From Salinarchaeum sp. (GTDB taxonomy: Archaea > Halobacteriota > Halobacteria > Halobacteriales > SKNY01), in NCBI GenBank assembly GCA_007123105.1, contig SKNY01000065.1:1-47097 (forward strand): a stretch of DNA of 47,097 bases, written 5' to 3'. Under the pieces are notes generated by a model, which was given only the letters and a program-made list of their open reading frames with translations, did not search any database and had not been told where the DNA came from. Shown one piece after another: positions 9,104 to 19,646 of this stretch. The translations under genes were made by a program, and so were the position numbers. Position 1 is the stretch's first letter, and the number at the start of each line of letters is the position of its first letter.

Positions 9104-9241
9104 TCACAACAATGCAATTCCGGCCCGGTAGAGTAAGCCGATCAGGAAGAGCACCACGAGGATCGTCGTCACGACGACTACGACAGGGGAAAGTTTGCCC
9201 TCCTCGACTGCGAGCAGGTGGTCCTCCGGTCGTCGAGTCAT
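9104..9241 (-). CDS. 45-aa single-helix membrane protein (not in the ORF track)
   Basis: Manual translation MTRRPEDHLLAVEEGKLSPVVVVVTTILVVLFLIGLLYRAGIALL*; fills an otherwise empty 370-bp intergenic gap. Confidence 0.55.
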   Translation of the reverse strand: MTRRPEDHLLAVEEGKLSPVVVVVTTILVVLFLIGLLYRAGIALL

Positions 9242-9355
9242 GTGGTGCGGTATCGGAGCCAGCAATAAACCCGTTGCGAAGCCAAGGTTTCAGCGATACA
9301 AACTTCCCGTCCTGCTAATAGCAACGGACATTAGGCCCCGGGCAAAACCTCCACT

Positions 9356-10594
9356 ATGGGGAACTCGTACGTGGTACTCGGCGACGGAATCGCGGGGAGT
9401 TCCGCCGCCGAAACCCTCCGAGAGGAGGACCCCGATGGAAAAATCACCGTTGTGACCGATGAGGGGGAACCGCTGTACAACCGGATCCTCATTAAAGAAT
9501 TCGCGAAGGGAAAGCTCCCCGAGGCACCCATCGCTATCCACGACGAAGAATGGTATGAGGAACGAGATATCGAACTTCGGTTGAACACGCACGTCACGCG
9601 GGTGGCCCCGGACGAACACCGACTCTACCTACACGAGGGAGATCCGATCACGTACGATAAACTACTGATCGCCACGGGCGGAACGCCACGGCAACTCCCC
9701 GTTCCCGGTAGTGCGGCAGATGGTATCCATCATTTTTGGACGTTTCAGGACGCGCGAGCGATCCGTGAAGCAGCAGAACGGGCCGACACGGGTGTCGTCA
9801 TCGGTGCCGGCCTTCTGGGGATCGACCTCGCAGCCATCTGTGGCGCCCAGGATGTCCGCGCACACTATTTGATGCGTGGAAACCGATGGTGGCGGTACGC
9901 ACTCAGTGAAGAGGGTGGGGAAATCATCCACCGCGCGCTGCGAGCGCGCAACGTCACTCCGGTGTTCGAGAGCGGGGCGTCACGGTTCGAAACGGAAGAC
10001 GGACGGGTTGTCGCAACAATTGACGCCAACGAGCAGCGGTACGAGAGTGAGTTCGTTGGAATCGCAATCGGTTTGCATTTCAACATGGAGTTCCTTCAAG
10101 GGAGCGACGTTGAACAAGATGATGGGATTGTCGTCGACGAGTACATGCAGACAAGCGTCGAGGATGTCTACGCTGCGGGCGACATCACACAGTTTTACGA
10201 TACCATACTCGGTGAACACGCACAGAACGGGTCGTGGGGATCAGCGAAGACACAAGGCCACATTGCCGGGGTGAACATGGCAGCTGACGAGCCAGACGAG
10301 GCGTTTCGCTGGGTATCATCGTATTCGATCACCCACTTTGACTTTCCGTTTCTCAGTTTTGGCCATCCGACCCTCGGTGATCGCTACATCGAGCGGACGT
10401 TCGACGAGACTGCCTGGCGACGGATCGCAATCAAGGACAATAAGGTCGTGGGGGGCGTATTGATCGGTGACCTCGCCCCACAAACGACGCTCAAGCGGCT
10501 GATGCGCGAGGAGGTTTCGGTCGCCGGCCAAGACGATCAGTTGCTCGCCGACGACATCGACATCGAGCGAGTCGCACCGGCGCTCGGGAACTGA
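9356..10594 (+). CDS. NAD(P)/FAD-dependent oxidoreductase (ferredoxin/rubredoxin reductase-like)
   Basis: GDGIAG dinucleotide fold, LIATGG, VIGAGLLG, TSVEDVYAAGD. Confidence 0.9.
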   Translation: MGNSYVVLGDGIAGSSAAETLREEDPDGKITVVTDEGEPLYNRILIKEFAKGKLPEAPIAIHDEEWYEERDIELRLNTHVTRVAPDEHRLYLHEGDPITYDKLLIATGGTPRQLPVPGSAADGIHHFWTFQDARAIREAAERADTGVVIGAGLLGIDLAAICGAQDVRAHYLMRGNRWWRYALSEEGGEIIHRALRARNVTPVFESGASRFETEDGRVVATIDANEQRYESEFVGIAIGLHFNMEFLQGSDVEQDDGIVVDEYMQTSVEDVYAAGDITQFYDTILGEHAQNGSWGSAKTQGHIAGVNMAADEPDEAFRWVSSYSITHFDFPFLSFGHPTLGDRYIERTFDETAWRRIAIKDNKVVGGVLIGDLAPQTTLKRLMREEVSVAGQDDQLLADDIDIERVAPALGN

Positions 10595-10632
10595 TCGAAG
10601 GCGTTTTGCGACGTCGTGGCTGAACAGCGAGT

Positions 10633-11046
10633 ATGGCAGGCGGCAGCGGGGACATGACCCTCGCGTTCGAACTGCGGGCGCTCCGGAAGCTCGCGGATCC
10701 ATCGGCGGTGTTCAGTGACGCCCGCGAATGGTCGCGGTACGTCGGAGTGGTCTCCGAGGAGCCCACGTACGTTGTGACCAACTACACACGAGAACAGCAG
10801 ATTCGCCAGGACTTCTTCTCTGGTCCGCGGGGTGTTGAGGAAAGCCTGCGGAGTGTAAAGGACCAATTTGACACCGCGCGGTACGTCTTCGTTGGGACGA
10901 ACGACACCGACGAAACGATTGCCGAGGCAACCGAGTGGGAGTATTTGCCTATCGAGGAAGCCGCAGAAGCAGCTAACTGGACGCTTGCCGATGACGAAGC
11001 GGACTGGCTGACCGACGACGAGGACGTCCGCGAAGACTGGCCGTAA
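10633..11046 (+). CDS. Conserved haloarchaeal protein (DUF7124-like)
   Basis: Acidic ORF with MTLAFEL.AL..LADP..VF.DAR.WS.YVGVVS; family name recalled, not verified. Confidence 0.7.
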   Translation: MAGGSGDMTLAFELRALRKLADPSAVFSDAREWSRYVGVVSEEPTYVVTNYTREQQIRQDFFSGPRGVEESLRSVKDQFDTARYVFVGTNDTDETIAEATEWEYLPIEEAAEAANWTLADDEADWLTDDEDVREDWP

Positions 11047-11053
11047 CTCCGAG

Positions 11054-11572
11054 ATGTCCACACCACGTGTTCCTGACGGACCGACCGATGACCTCACGCT
11101 CCCGTGTGGCCATGCTATCGGTATCGACAACTTGGATATGGGAATGCGGGAATTCTCATGTCCGTGTGGGGACGATCACGCCGTTGTGATGGACATTCAC
11201 CCGCTCAGTCGATGGGTCCCCGAGGAAGTCGCCAGCGTGTTGCGCGAGACAATCGTGCCTGATGACGAGTACGACGAGTTCGGGACGATCCATTTGATGG
11301 CCATCGTCCGCGAGGAGTTTCCAGAGCGCGTGGTCGACTACGATGCGAGCGAGGATCCAACGGTTGGCTATGCGCTTTGCTGGGTGAGCGATCATTCTGC
11401 CCGTCGACTCCACGAGATCATCGTAGAATTGTTGATCGAACTCATGGATCACGCCGTCAGTCATGCCGAGGACGATGCCGTCAAAACGACGTTTAGCGAT
11501 CAGCTCGCGTCGTTCAACGTTGCGTCGTTCGTGACGCTATACCGCGATCAGCGCGATTTTGAGCGCCCGTGA
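11054..11572 (+). CDS. DUF5815-like conserved protein with possible metal-binding Cys/His residues
   Basis: LPCG...MREFSCPCGDDHAVVMDIHP; 7 nt downstream of the previous gene. Confidence 0.7.
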   Translation: MSTPRVPDGPTDDLTLPCGHAIGIDNLDMGMREFSCPCGDDHAVVMDIHPLSRWVPEEVASVLRETIVPDDEYDEFGTIHLMAIVREEFPERVVDYDASEDPTVGYALCWVSDHSARRLHEIIVELLIELMDHAVSHAEDDAVKTTFSDQLASFNVASFVTLYRDQRDFERP

Positions 11573-11629
11573 ATCGTTCCGCATCGGGCCGTTTAATAAC
11601 CCGTGCGAATTCTCTCAGTATAGTATACA

Positions 11630-14600
11630 ATGGCAGAGGAATCACGGACCATCTTGCTAATTGGAAGTGGCCCCATCCAAATCGGCCAAGCAGCCGAGTT
11701 CGACTATTCAGGTGCCCAGGCCTGCCGAGCGCTCGCCGAGGAGGGTGTCCGTGTCGTCCTCGTTAACTCGAATCCCGCAACGATCATGACAGATCCGGAG
11801 ATGGCGGACAAGGTGTACATCGAACCGATCACCGCCGACGCCATCGCAGAAATCATCGAAATCGAACGCCCTGACGGTGTCATCGCCGGATTAGGGGGAC
11901 AAACCGGGTTGAACGTGACTGCCGAGCTTGCCGAAGCAGGGGTACTCGAGGAATTCGATGTCGAGATTCTGGGGACGCCACTCGAAACGATCTACGCGAC
12001 GGAAGACCGCGATCAGTTCCGCCAGCGGATGCGCGCACTCGACGAACCGATGCCACGATCAGTGACGATTCAGTCGGTCGACGAGGTCGAATCGGCCGTC
12101 GAGGCCGTTGGTGGTCTGCCGGTCATTATGCGCACCACCTACACACTAGGGGGATCGGGGTCCGGTGTTATCGACGATATGGAAGAGCTCGTCGACGCCG
12201 TCCGGCGTGGCCTACGGTTGTCCAGAAATAATGAAGTGATGATCACCGAGTCGATCGCGGGATGGATCGAACTCGAGTATGAAGTTATGCGGGACGCCGC
12301 AGACTCGTGTATCATCATCTGTAACATGGAGAACATCGATCCGATGGGGATTCACACAGGGGAGTCGATCGTCGTCACCCCATCACAAGTGATCCCTGAC
12401 GAGGGCCATCAGGAGATGCGCTCGGCCGCCTTGCGAGTGATTCGGGATCTCGAAATCCACGGCGGGTGTAACATACAGTTTGCGTGGCGGGATGACGGTA
12501 CGCCAGGCGGCGAGTATCGAGTTGTCGAGGTCAATCCACGAGTCTCTCGATCTTCTGCACTCGCATCGAAGGCCACCGGCTATCCAATTGCCCGGGTCAC
12601 GGCGAAGGTTGCGCTCGGAATGCGCTTACACGAGATCGAGAACGAGATCACCGGTGAGACCACGGCCGCATTCGAGCCCGCGATCGATTATGTCGTCACG
12701 AAAGTCCCCCGTTGGCCGAAGGATAAGTTCCCGGACGTCGAATTCGAGTTGGGACCGGCAATGAAATCCACCGGTGAGGCGATGGCAATCGGACGGACAT
12801 TCGAGGAGAGCCTGCTCAAGGCCTTGCGATCGACCGAATACAACCCAGCCGCGGACCTCACTGACGTCTCGGACGCAGTGCTCGAACGTGAGTATCTCGA
12901 ACGACCGGATCCGGATCGCCCCTACGGCATTTTCGAGGCGTTCGCGCGCGGGTACGATGTGGAATCGGTCAGCGAGCTCACCGGAATCCATCCCTGGTAT
13001 CTCGAACGATACCAGCGGATCGCGGATGCCTCCACCGGGGCCGCCGCAGGCGATCTTACCACACCGGCCGAACTCGGGTATACCAATCGTGAAATCACCA
13101 GCCTCGCTGATGATGGGACCGAGCTGGCGGATGTCGAGGCAGCGGCACCGACACGGCGATTCAAGTTGGTTGACACGTGTGCCGGAGAATTCGCTGCGAC
13201 GACGCCCTATTACTACTCGGCACGAGCCCGTGGCCCCGGCCTCGATCGGGACGAGGTGCGAGTCGACCGCGAGGCCGAGAGCGTCCTTATCGTTGGGGCG
13301 GGCCCGATTCGAATTGGACAGGGCGTCGAATTTGATTACTGTACAGTGCATGCCGTTCAAGCACTGCGCGAACGGGGCATCGACGCCCACATCGTGAACA
13401 ACAATCCCGAGACGGTATCGACCGACTATGACACCTCGGACGGACTCTTCTTCGAACCACTCAGCGCAGAGGAGATCACAGCCGTCATCGAGGCAACCGG
13501 CGCCGACGGAGTAATGGTCCAATTCGGGGGCCAAACCTCCGTGAACGTTGGTGCACCACTCGCGGCAGAAATCGAACGGCGGGGGCTCGACTGCAAGATC
13601 CTCGGCACCAGTGTCGAGGCAATGGACCTCGCCGAGGACCGCGATCGGTTCAACGCACTACTGACCGAACGTGGGATCAATCAGCCCGAGGGTGGTGCTG
13701 CAACCAGCGAATCGGAGGCGCTTGCGCTTGCGGCGAAGATTGGCTATCCCGTACTTGTGCGACCGAGTTACGTGTTAGGCGGCCGGGCCATGCAGGTCGT
13801 TACGGATGACGACGAACTCCGGGAATTCATCCGTGAGGCGGTGCGGGTGAGTCCAGACAAGCCCATCCTCGTCGACGAGTTTCTCGAGGACGCGATCGAA
13901 CTCGACGTCGACGCGGTCAGTGACGGCACCGACATCTTCATCGGTGGGATCATGGAACACGTCGAATCCGCTGGGATTCACTCCGGTGACTCGGCTTGTA
14001 TGATCCCGCCACGATCGCTCGGGCGGGCTGTCAATCGTGAAGTGCGGCGGGTGACCGAAGAGATCGCTGATGCGCTCTCGACGGTCGGTCTATTAAACGT
14101 TCAGCTGGCCGTGCGTGACGGAGAAGTGTACGTCCTCGAGGCTAATCCGCGGTCCTCGCGAACCGTCCCGTTTGTATCGAAAGCCACCGGCGTGCCGATT
14201 GCGAAGATCGCCGCGCGGGTGATGGCCGGCGAACGGCTGGCCGACATGGACGTCACCGAGCAAGTCCCGAGTCAGTTCAGCGTGAAAGAGGTCGTACTCC
14301 CGTTCGATCGCCTGCCGGGATCTGATCCCCGGCTCGGTCCCGAGATGAAATCGACAGGCGAAGTCATGGGAACCGCCGATAGTGTCGGGAAAGCCTACGC
14401 GAAAGCACAGGCAGCTGTCGGGAAACCGATCCCCACTGGTGGTGTCGCCGTCGTGGATCTCGAAGGAAGTGATTTCCCAGATGACGTCGCCGCCGATGGA
14501 CGCTCGGTGCATGACCGGTTCGGTGAATACTTCGAGCTACGGGAGTTCGAGGACGAGAACGCCTTTGCAGACGCGTTACGGGCTGGTGAGCTCGACCTTG

Positions 14601-14782
14601 TCGTCTCGCGCCGCCGCACGCCGCTCGAAGTTGCCGTCGAAGAGGACGTGACGTACCTCTCGACGCTCGCCAGCGCCAATGCAGCCCTCGAAGCTATTGA
14701 AGCGACTGACGAGCCGTCGGCAATTCAGGCAGTTGCTGACCGGCCACGGATGCAAGAGTACTGGGGCCAGCCAAAATCGTAA
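11630..14782 (+). CDS. carB: Carbamoyl-phosphate synthase large subunit
   Basis: GSGPIQIGQAAEFDYSG, duplicated ATP-grasp domains, EVNPRVSRSSALASKATG, GPEMKSTGEVMG. Confidence 0.98.
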   Translation: MAEESRTILLIGSGPIQIGQAAEFDYSGAQACRALAEEGVRVVLVNSNPATIMTDPEMADKVYIEPITADAIAEIIEIERPDGVIAGLGGQTGLNVTAELAEAGVLEEFDVEILGTPLETIYATEDRDQFRQRMRALDEPMPRSVTIQSVDEVESAVEAVGGLPVIMRTTYTLGGSGSGVIDDMEELVDAVRRGLRLSRNNEVMITESIAGWIELEYEVMRDAADSCIIICNMENIDPMGIHTGESIVVTPSQVIPDEGHQEMRSAALRVIRDLEIHGGCNIQFAWRDDGTPGGEYRVVEVNPRVSRSSALASKATGYPIARVTAKVALGMRLHEIENEITGETTAAFEPAIDYVVTKVPRWPKDKFPDVEFELGPAMKSTGEAMAIGRTFEESLLKALRSTEYNPAADLTDVSDAVLEREYLERPDPDRPYGIFEAFARGYDVESVSELTGIHPWYLERYQRIADASTGAAAGDLTTPAELGYTNREITSLADDGTELADVEAAAPTRRFKLVDTCAGEFAATTPYYYSARARGPGLDRDEVRVDREAESVLIVGAGPIRIGQGVEFDYCTVHAVQALRERGIDAHIVNNNPETVSTDYDTSDGLFFEPLSAEEITAVIEATGADGVMVQFGGQTSVNVGAPLAAEIERRGLDCKILGTSVEAMDLAEDRDRFNALLTERGINQPEGGAATSESEALALAAKIGYPVLVRPSYVLGGRAMQVVTDDDELREFIREAVRVSPDKPILVDEFLEDAIELDVDAVSDGTDIFIGGIMEHVESAGIHSGDSACMIPPRSLGRAVNREVRRVTEEIADALSTVGLLNVQLAVRDGEVYVLEANPRSSRTVPFVSKATGVPIAKIAARVMAGERLADMDVTEQVPSQFSVKEVVLPFDRLPGSDPRLGPEMKSTGEVMGTADSVGKAYAKAQAAVGKPIPTGGVAVVDLEGSDFPDDVAADGRSVHDRFGEYFELREFEDENAFADALRAGELDLVVSRRRTPLEVAVEEDVTYLSTLASANAALEAIEATDEPSAIQAVADRPRMQEYWGQPKS

Positions 14783-14803
14783 CTCCTGGGTGAGAACTAC
14801 AGC

Positions 14804-15844
14804 TTATCCGTCTGCCATCGCCACGACGTCATCGAAGAAATCGAGCGTGTCGTGTGGACCAGGGTTCGCCTCTGGGTGGTATTGTCTGGTGAGAATCGAT
14901 CGTCCTTCGTCATCCAGCCCTTCCGGCGTATCGTCGTTGACGTTCCGTTGGGTGACCGTCAGAGACCCAGGATCGTCGACTGTGTAGCCGTGATTTTGCG
15001 TCGTCATCACGACACGGCCGGTTCGTAGGTCCTGGACCGGTTGGTTAACACCGCGGTGACCAAAGTCCATCTTGGTTGTCGACCCACCGAGCGCGCGAGC
15101 GACGATCTGTTGGCCCAAACAAATCCCGGCAATTGGTAGCTCACCGGCGAACGTCCGCACGAGTTCCTCTGCCGCGGAGAAAGTGGCCGGATCGCCAGGG
15201 CCATTTGAAAGAAACAAAATGTCGGGATCGTGTTCGGTAACAGTGTCCTGACCGATGTCGTACGGGACGACGGTTACGTCTGCACCGCGTTCGGTGAGCG
15301 ATGTAATGATCGATCCTTTCGCACCACAATCCACAAGCAGGACCGAACACCGACCGTTTCCAGAGAACGTCCTCGCTTCATCCACGCTCACCTGCGCACC
15401 AATGTCGGTATGGTCGCTCATGTGTTTACAGGCGTCCAGTTCGGCTCGGGCATCTGCCTCGGTGGCGTCTGTGCCGGCAGCAATGCCACAACGCATCGCA
15501 CCCTGATCACGGATCTCCGTAACGAGATCTCGCGTATCTACGTGGTCGATTGCAGGGATCGCCTCGTCGGCCAACCAAGTGACCACCTCATCGGTAAGTT
15601 CGAGGGCAACCACACCTCGTGGATGGATCCGGTCGGATTCAAACCGGTTTTCGTTGACGCCGTAGTTACCGATCAGTGGATAAGCAAACGTCAACACCTG
15701 TTCTTCGTAGGAGGGGTCGGTCAGGCTCTCCTCGTAGCCCGTGTAGGCAGTCGTAAAGACGAGCTCACCGCGAGTCCGCCCCGGCACCCGACACCTCGCG
15801 CTCAACACGTCGCCACCCTCGAGGGCGAGAAACGCCGTACTCAT
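14804..15844 (-). CDS. carA: Carbamoyl-phosphate synthase small subunit
   Basis: GELVFTTAYTGYEESLTDPSY, SNGPGDP, GICLGQQ, QYHPEANPGP; start MSTAFLALEG at 15844. Confidence 0.97.
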   Translation of the reverse strand: MSTAFLALEGGDVLSARCRVPGRTRGELVFTTAYTGYEESLTDPSYEEQVLTFAYPLIGNYGVNENRFESDRIHPRGVVALELTDEVVTWLADEAIPAIDHVDTRDLVTEIRDQGAMRCGIAAGTDATEADARAELDACKHMSDHTDIGAQVSVDEARTFSGNGRCSVLLVDCGAKGSIITSLTERGADVTVVPYDIGQDTVTEHDPDILFLSNGPGDPATFSAAEELVRTFAGELPIAGICLGQQIVARALGGSTTKMDFGHRGVNQPVQDLRTGRVVMTTQNHGYTVDDPGSLTVTQRNVNDDTPEGLDDEGRSILTRQYHPEANPGPHDTLDFFDDVVAMADG

Positions 15845-15964
15845 TGGAAACCAGTAGTCAAATCCGGCGGAAAAACCTTCCTTTCCGGAATTGAGGGCCT
15901 GCAAAGACCTGTCGCTGCGACCGAGAGTCGAAGCTGGTTTAGCAGCGTCGAACGGATCATTCCT

Positions 15965-16540
15965 ATGAGCCAAGAGTCTCCCGTGGCGACTGATGATGTC
16001 GTACACCCGAATGCCGGCCAGGACGTCATCGCAGTCGATGAGGAGGATGGTGAACGTGAGGTAGTCAACCGGCTCGATGCCCACATCGGCGACGGGATCC
16101 GCCATCGGGCCTTTACGGCCCTGATCTTCGATGAGCGTGGCCACATTCTGCTTGCTCAACGAAGCCCCGAGAAACGTCTCTGGGACGGGCACTGGGATGG
16201 CACCGTGGCGTCACACCCACGACCGGGCGAATCACAACTCGAAGCCACACAGAACCGCCTCGAGGTCGAACTCGGGATCACTCCGGACCAATACGACGAC
16301 CTCGCGATTACTGACGTCTTCGAATACAAACGCTACTACCAGCGGGCCGGGGTCGAATGGGAGGTCTGTACGGTCCTACAACTCACCCTCTCCGAGACGG
16401 ATATCGATCCGAATGAAGAAGAGGTCGCGGGCATACTCTGGGCACCGTATGAACGACTCTATAATCACCCAGAATGGTACCGGCAGCTCCGCCTATGTCC
16501 GTGGTTCGAAATCGCGATGCGACGCGATTTCGACGATTGA
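15965..16540 (+). CDS. idi: Isopentenyl-diphosphate delta-isomerase type 1 (NUDIX)
   Basis: HRAFTALIFD, LLAQRS..KRLW.G.WDGTVASHP, EWEVC, PNEEEV. Confidence 0.85.
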   Translation: MSQESPVATDDVVHPNAGQDVIAVDEEDGEREVVNRLDAHIGDGIRHRAFTALIFDERGHILLAQRSPEKRLWDGHWDGTVASHPRPGESQLEATQNRLEVELGITPDQYDDLAITDVFEYKRYYQRAGVEWEVCTVLQLTLSETDIDPNEEEVAGILWAPYERLYNHPEWYRQLRLCPWFEIAMRRDFDD

Positions 16541-16542
16541 TG

Positions 16543-16752
16543 TTACGGACGAACGGCTGCCCAAACGGCAGTAGTCGCGAGTAGTACGGCCGGGATAAGC
16601 GGGAGGATGAGATAGGCAAACGTAAACGAGACTGCCGTCGGGGGCTGGACGATGATGATCAACGGGACGATTACGAACGCACAGACGATCATCCCAACGA
16701 GGACCCACCCACGCCACGAGAACGCCCGTTTGGGAGATGTGGGATGTGCCAC
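16543..16752 (-). CDS. Small membrane protein, hypothetical
   Basis: F.WRGWVLV...AYLILPLIPAVLL pattern, two hydrophobic segments. Confidence 0.6.
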   Translation of the reverse strand: MAHPTSPKRAFSWRGWVLVGMIVCAFVIVPLIIIVQPPTAVSFTFAYLILPLIPAVLLATTAVWAAVRP

Positions 16753-16794
16753 ATCTGTATCCCATCCGCGGCAGAATATGAACGTTCGCGTCCG

Positions 16795-17025
16795 TTACTG
16801 GGCGAACCGGTATCGGTCTCCGTTACGGGTGACGACCTCACGATCTTCGAGGGCATTAAGAACACCACAGAGTTCGATCAATCGCATGTCGAGATCATCG
16901 GCCATCTCATCTAACGAGGCGTCGCCGCGGAGTTCGAGATACAGGGAAACGAGCTTTGCACGTGCGGACTCGAGTCCCATCGGCACCGCGTACCGAGTTT
17001 TCGCGGGACGCTCCATCTGTGACAT
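16795..17025 (-). CDS. Small winged-helix (TrmB-like) DNA-binding protein
   Basis: LESARAKLVSLYL...ASLDEMADDLDM..IELCGVLNALEDREVV..NGDRY. Confidence 0.7.
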   Translation of the reverse strand: MSQMERPAKTRYAVPMGLESARAKLVSLYLELRGDASLDEMADDLDMRLIELCGVLNALEDREVVTRNGDRYRFAQ

Positions 17026-17134
17026 CACTACTGGAATAGACTATATTCGACGATAATAAAACCTTCCTACGACAATAGTCGAAAGTAGCAGAGGTTCGTC
17101 GACTGAATTTGGAGCCTGTGTTCCCGCGAACTAC

Positions 17135-17899
17135 CTATTTTGACTCCTCGTCTTGGAGTTCGGCGAGCTCTTCTTCGACATCGTCGTCCGTCGATCCGCC
17201 GCCAGTACCGGCCTCTGCTTTGAGGGTCTCCAATTCGGCCTCGACAGCTGAATCGGTGCGACCCGCGCTGAGTTCGCGGTCAATCGCGTCTTCATCGGAG
17301 AGCGCATCTTCAAAGGCACCAGTGTCTTGTAGTTCGTCCATCGCTGCTGCGCGGGCCTCCATCTCTTGGGTCTGTTCTTCCGCGCGTTCGATCGACCGGC
17401 CGACGTCTGCCATTTCGTCCCCGGCACCCGTCAACGCCTCCGAGACCCTGGTACTCGCTTCTGCCGCCTCGTATTGGGCCTTCATGGTTTCCTTTTTTGT
17501 CCGGAACTCCTCGATCCGACGCTGGAGCTCGTTTTTCTTCTCGACGAGGTTTTCCTGTTGGTGTTGAAGCTCGTTGATCTGCGTGTCGAGTTGCTCGATC
17601 TGTTCCATTTTCGCTTTCTTCTTCTCTAAGGCCTGCCTTGCGAGATCATCGCGATCCTGTCGAACAGCCTCACGAGCTTGCTCGTTGTGCTTCTCGACGT
17701 TCTCCTCGAGCCGCCGTTGTTGCATCTCGAGGCGTTTTTTCTGGGTGGTTAAATCGGCGATCCCCTGTTTGACCTGCTGGAGTTGGTCGCGCATCTGTTC
17801 GTATGAATAATCCAACGTCTCTCGTGGATCCTCGGCCCGGTTCAAAATTGCATTTAACTTGGACCGGATGACATACGACGCGCGTGCGAGGATGCCCAT
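17135..17899 (-). CDS. pspA: PspA/IM30 family protein
   Basis: MGILARASYVIRSKLNAILNRAEDP, long coiled coil, EARAAAMDEL; TATA (TTTTAA on minus strand) at 17924-17929. Confidence 0.92.
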   Translation of the reverse strand: MGILARASYVIRSKLNAILNRAEDPRETLDYSYEQMRDQLQQVKQGIADLTTQKKRLEMQQRRLEENVEKHNEQAREAVRQDRDDLARQALEKKKAKMEQIEQLDTQINELQHQQENLVEKKNELQRRIEEFRTKKETMKAQYEAAEASTRVSEALTGAGDEMADVGRSIERAEEQTQEMEARAAAMDELQDTGAFEDALSDEDAIDRELSAGRTDSAVEAELETLKAEAGTGGGSTDDDVEEELAELQDEESK

Positions 17900-18002
17900 G
17901 TACCTTTGTTTGGCAGCAAGGCCTTAAAACCTCTTAGTAGCCTAATGTGCCCGAGAAGCATGGCTTCGAAATGGTTTTGGCGCGGTCACCCACACCTTGG
18001 GT

Positions 18003-19646
18003 ATGCCGAGGGCGCCCCCAACAGGGTACGATTCATCGCTGGGCAATAAGTTCATCTTCGTGACGGGTGGGGTCATGTCCGGCCTCGGAAAGGGGATCAC
18101 GTCCGCGAGCACCGGCCGACTGCTCAAAAACGCCGGGCTCGACGTCACCGCCGTCAAGGTGGATCCGTACCTCAACGTCGATGCGGGAACGATGAACCCG
18201 TATCAGCACGGAGAGGTATACGTCCTCAAGGATGGCGCCGAAGTCGATCTCGATCTCGGAAACTACGAACGGTTTCTCGACATCGACATGACTGCAGATC
18301 ATAACATCACGACCGGGAAAGTGTATCAGCGGGTCATCGAGAAAGAACGGGCTGGCGATTACCTCGGCTCGACCGTCCAAATCATTCCCCACATCACCGA
18401 CGAGATTAAACGACGGATTCGAACGGCGGCGGCAGGAAGCGACGTTTGTATCGTCGAGGTTGGAGGGACCATCGGTGACATCGAGGGTATGCCGTTTCTC
18501 GAGGCGCTCCGTCAATTTGCCAATGAAGAGGATCCGGCGGACATCATCTTTGTCCACGTTACGCTCGTTCCCCACTCCAAGAACGGCGAACAGAAGACGA
18601 AGCCAACACAACACAGCGTCAAGGAACTCCGCAGTATCGGGCTCCAGCCGGACGTGGTGGTTGGACGGTGTGAGGAACGGCTCGAAGAACAGACTAAAGA
18701 GAAGATTGCCCTCTTCTGTGATGTTCCCGTCGAAGCCGTCTTTTCGAATCCGGATGTCGAAGACATCTACCACGTCCCGTTGACCGTCGAGGAGGAAGGG
18801 CTCGATCGATTCGTGATCGATCGGTTGGCACTGGCCGATCAGACCAAACCGGATGGAAACACTGAGTGGCGCGAGCTTGTCACGCGCGAGACCATCGACG
18901 CGATTGAGGTTGCACTCGTCGGCAAGTACGCCCTCGAGGACGCCTACATCTCCATTCACGAGGCACTCAAACATGCGGGGCTCGAACGAGCAGTCGCCGT
19001 CGATGTGAAGTGGGTCGATTCCGACGCGATTGGCCCAAATGAAGTCGAACAATTGACCGATGTCGATGCCATCGTCGTTCCCGGCGGGTTCGGGAGTCGG
19101 GGAACCGAGGGCAAGATCGAAACGATTGGATATGCACGGCGTGAACGCGTGCCATATCTTGGCCTCTGTCTTGGCTTTCAGCTCGCAGTCGTCGAGTATG
19201 CGCGCAACGTCATCGGGTGGTCGGATGCACATTCGGCCGAAATCGACCCCGATACGGACTACCCCGTCATTGACATTCTTCCAGAACAACATGATCTCGA
19301 CGACCTCGGAGGGACCATGCGGCTCGGAGCACACGAGACGACAATCGCACCGGGTACCCAGGCAGCGGCAATTTACGAGGCCAACAGTTGTCTCGAACGA
19401 CATCGGCATCGGTACGAGGTGAACCCGGAGTACATCGAGACGCTCGAAGCGGCCGGGTTATCGTTTACCGGGCGATCCGGCCGACGAATGGAGATTCTCG
19501 AACTGCCGGATCACCCGTACTTCATCGGAACCCAATTTCATCCCGAGTTTCGCTCACGACCGGGACGAGCAAGTCCCCCGTTCGTCGGTCTCATCGATAG
19601 CGTGATCGACACACCACCACAGCCACACGGGGAGGTCGAGGTGTAA
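18003..19646 (+). CDS. pyrG: CTP synthase
   Basis: [56 protein letters not shown]. Confidence 0.98.
   Translation: MPRAPPTGYDSSLGNKFIFVTGGVMSGLGKGITSASTGRLLKNAGLDVTAVKVDPYLNVDAGTMNPYQHGEVYVLKDGAEVDLDLGNYERFLDIDMTADHNITTGKVYQRVIEKERAGDYLGSTVQIIPHITDEIKRRIRTAAAGSDVCIVEVGGTIGDIEGMPFLEALRQFANEEDPADIIFVHVTLVPHSKNGEQKTKPTQHSVKELRSIGLQPDVVVGRCEERLEEQTKEKIALFCDVPVEAVFSNPDVEDIYHVPLTVEEEGLDRFVIDRLALADQTKPDGNTEWRELVTRETIDAIEVALVGKYALEDAYISIHEALKHAGLERAVAVDVKWVDSDAIGPNEVEQLTDVDAIVVPGGFGSRGTEGKIETIGYARRERVPYLGLCLGFQLAVVEYARNVIGWSDAHSAEIDPDTDYPVIDILPEQHDLDDLGGTMRLGAHETTIAPGTQAAAIYEANSCLERHRHRYEVNPEYIETLEAAGLSFTGRSGRRMEILELPDHPYFIGTQFHPEFRSRPGRASPPFVGLIDSVIDTPPQPHGEVEV

Noticed and set aside
14420-14782. 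Shortened MGS-like domain of CarB
   Set aside because: As far as I recall this is typical of haloarchaeal CarB; the frame is intact
15230-16192. Apparent large overlap of the extended carA and idi ORFs
   Set aside because: Artefact of longest-ORF starts; the real starts are 15844 (carA) and 15965 (idi)
18033-19409. Long antisense ORFs (for example 458 aa opposite pyrG; also 8164-9318, 37435-38604, 41340-42386, 6964-7884)
   Set aside because: Shadow frames of recognisable genes, expected from high-GC codon bias; no motifs and non-acidic composition
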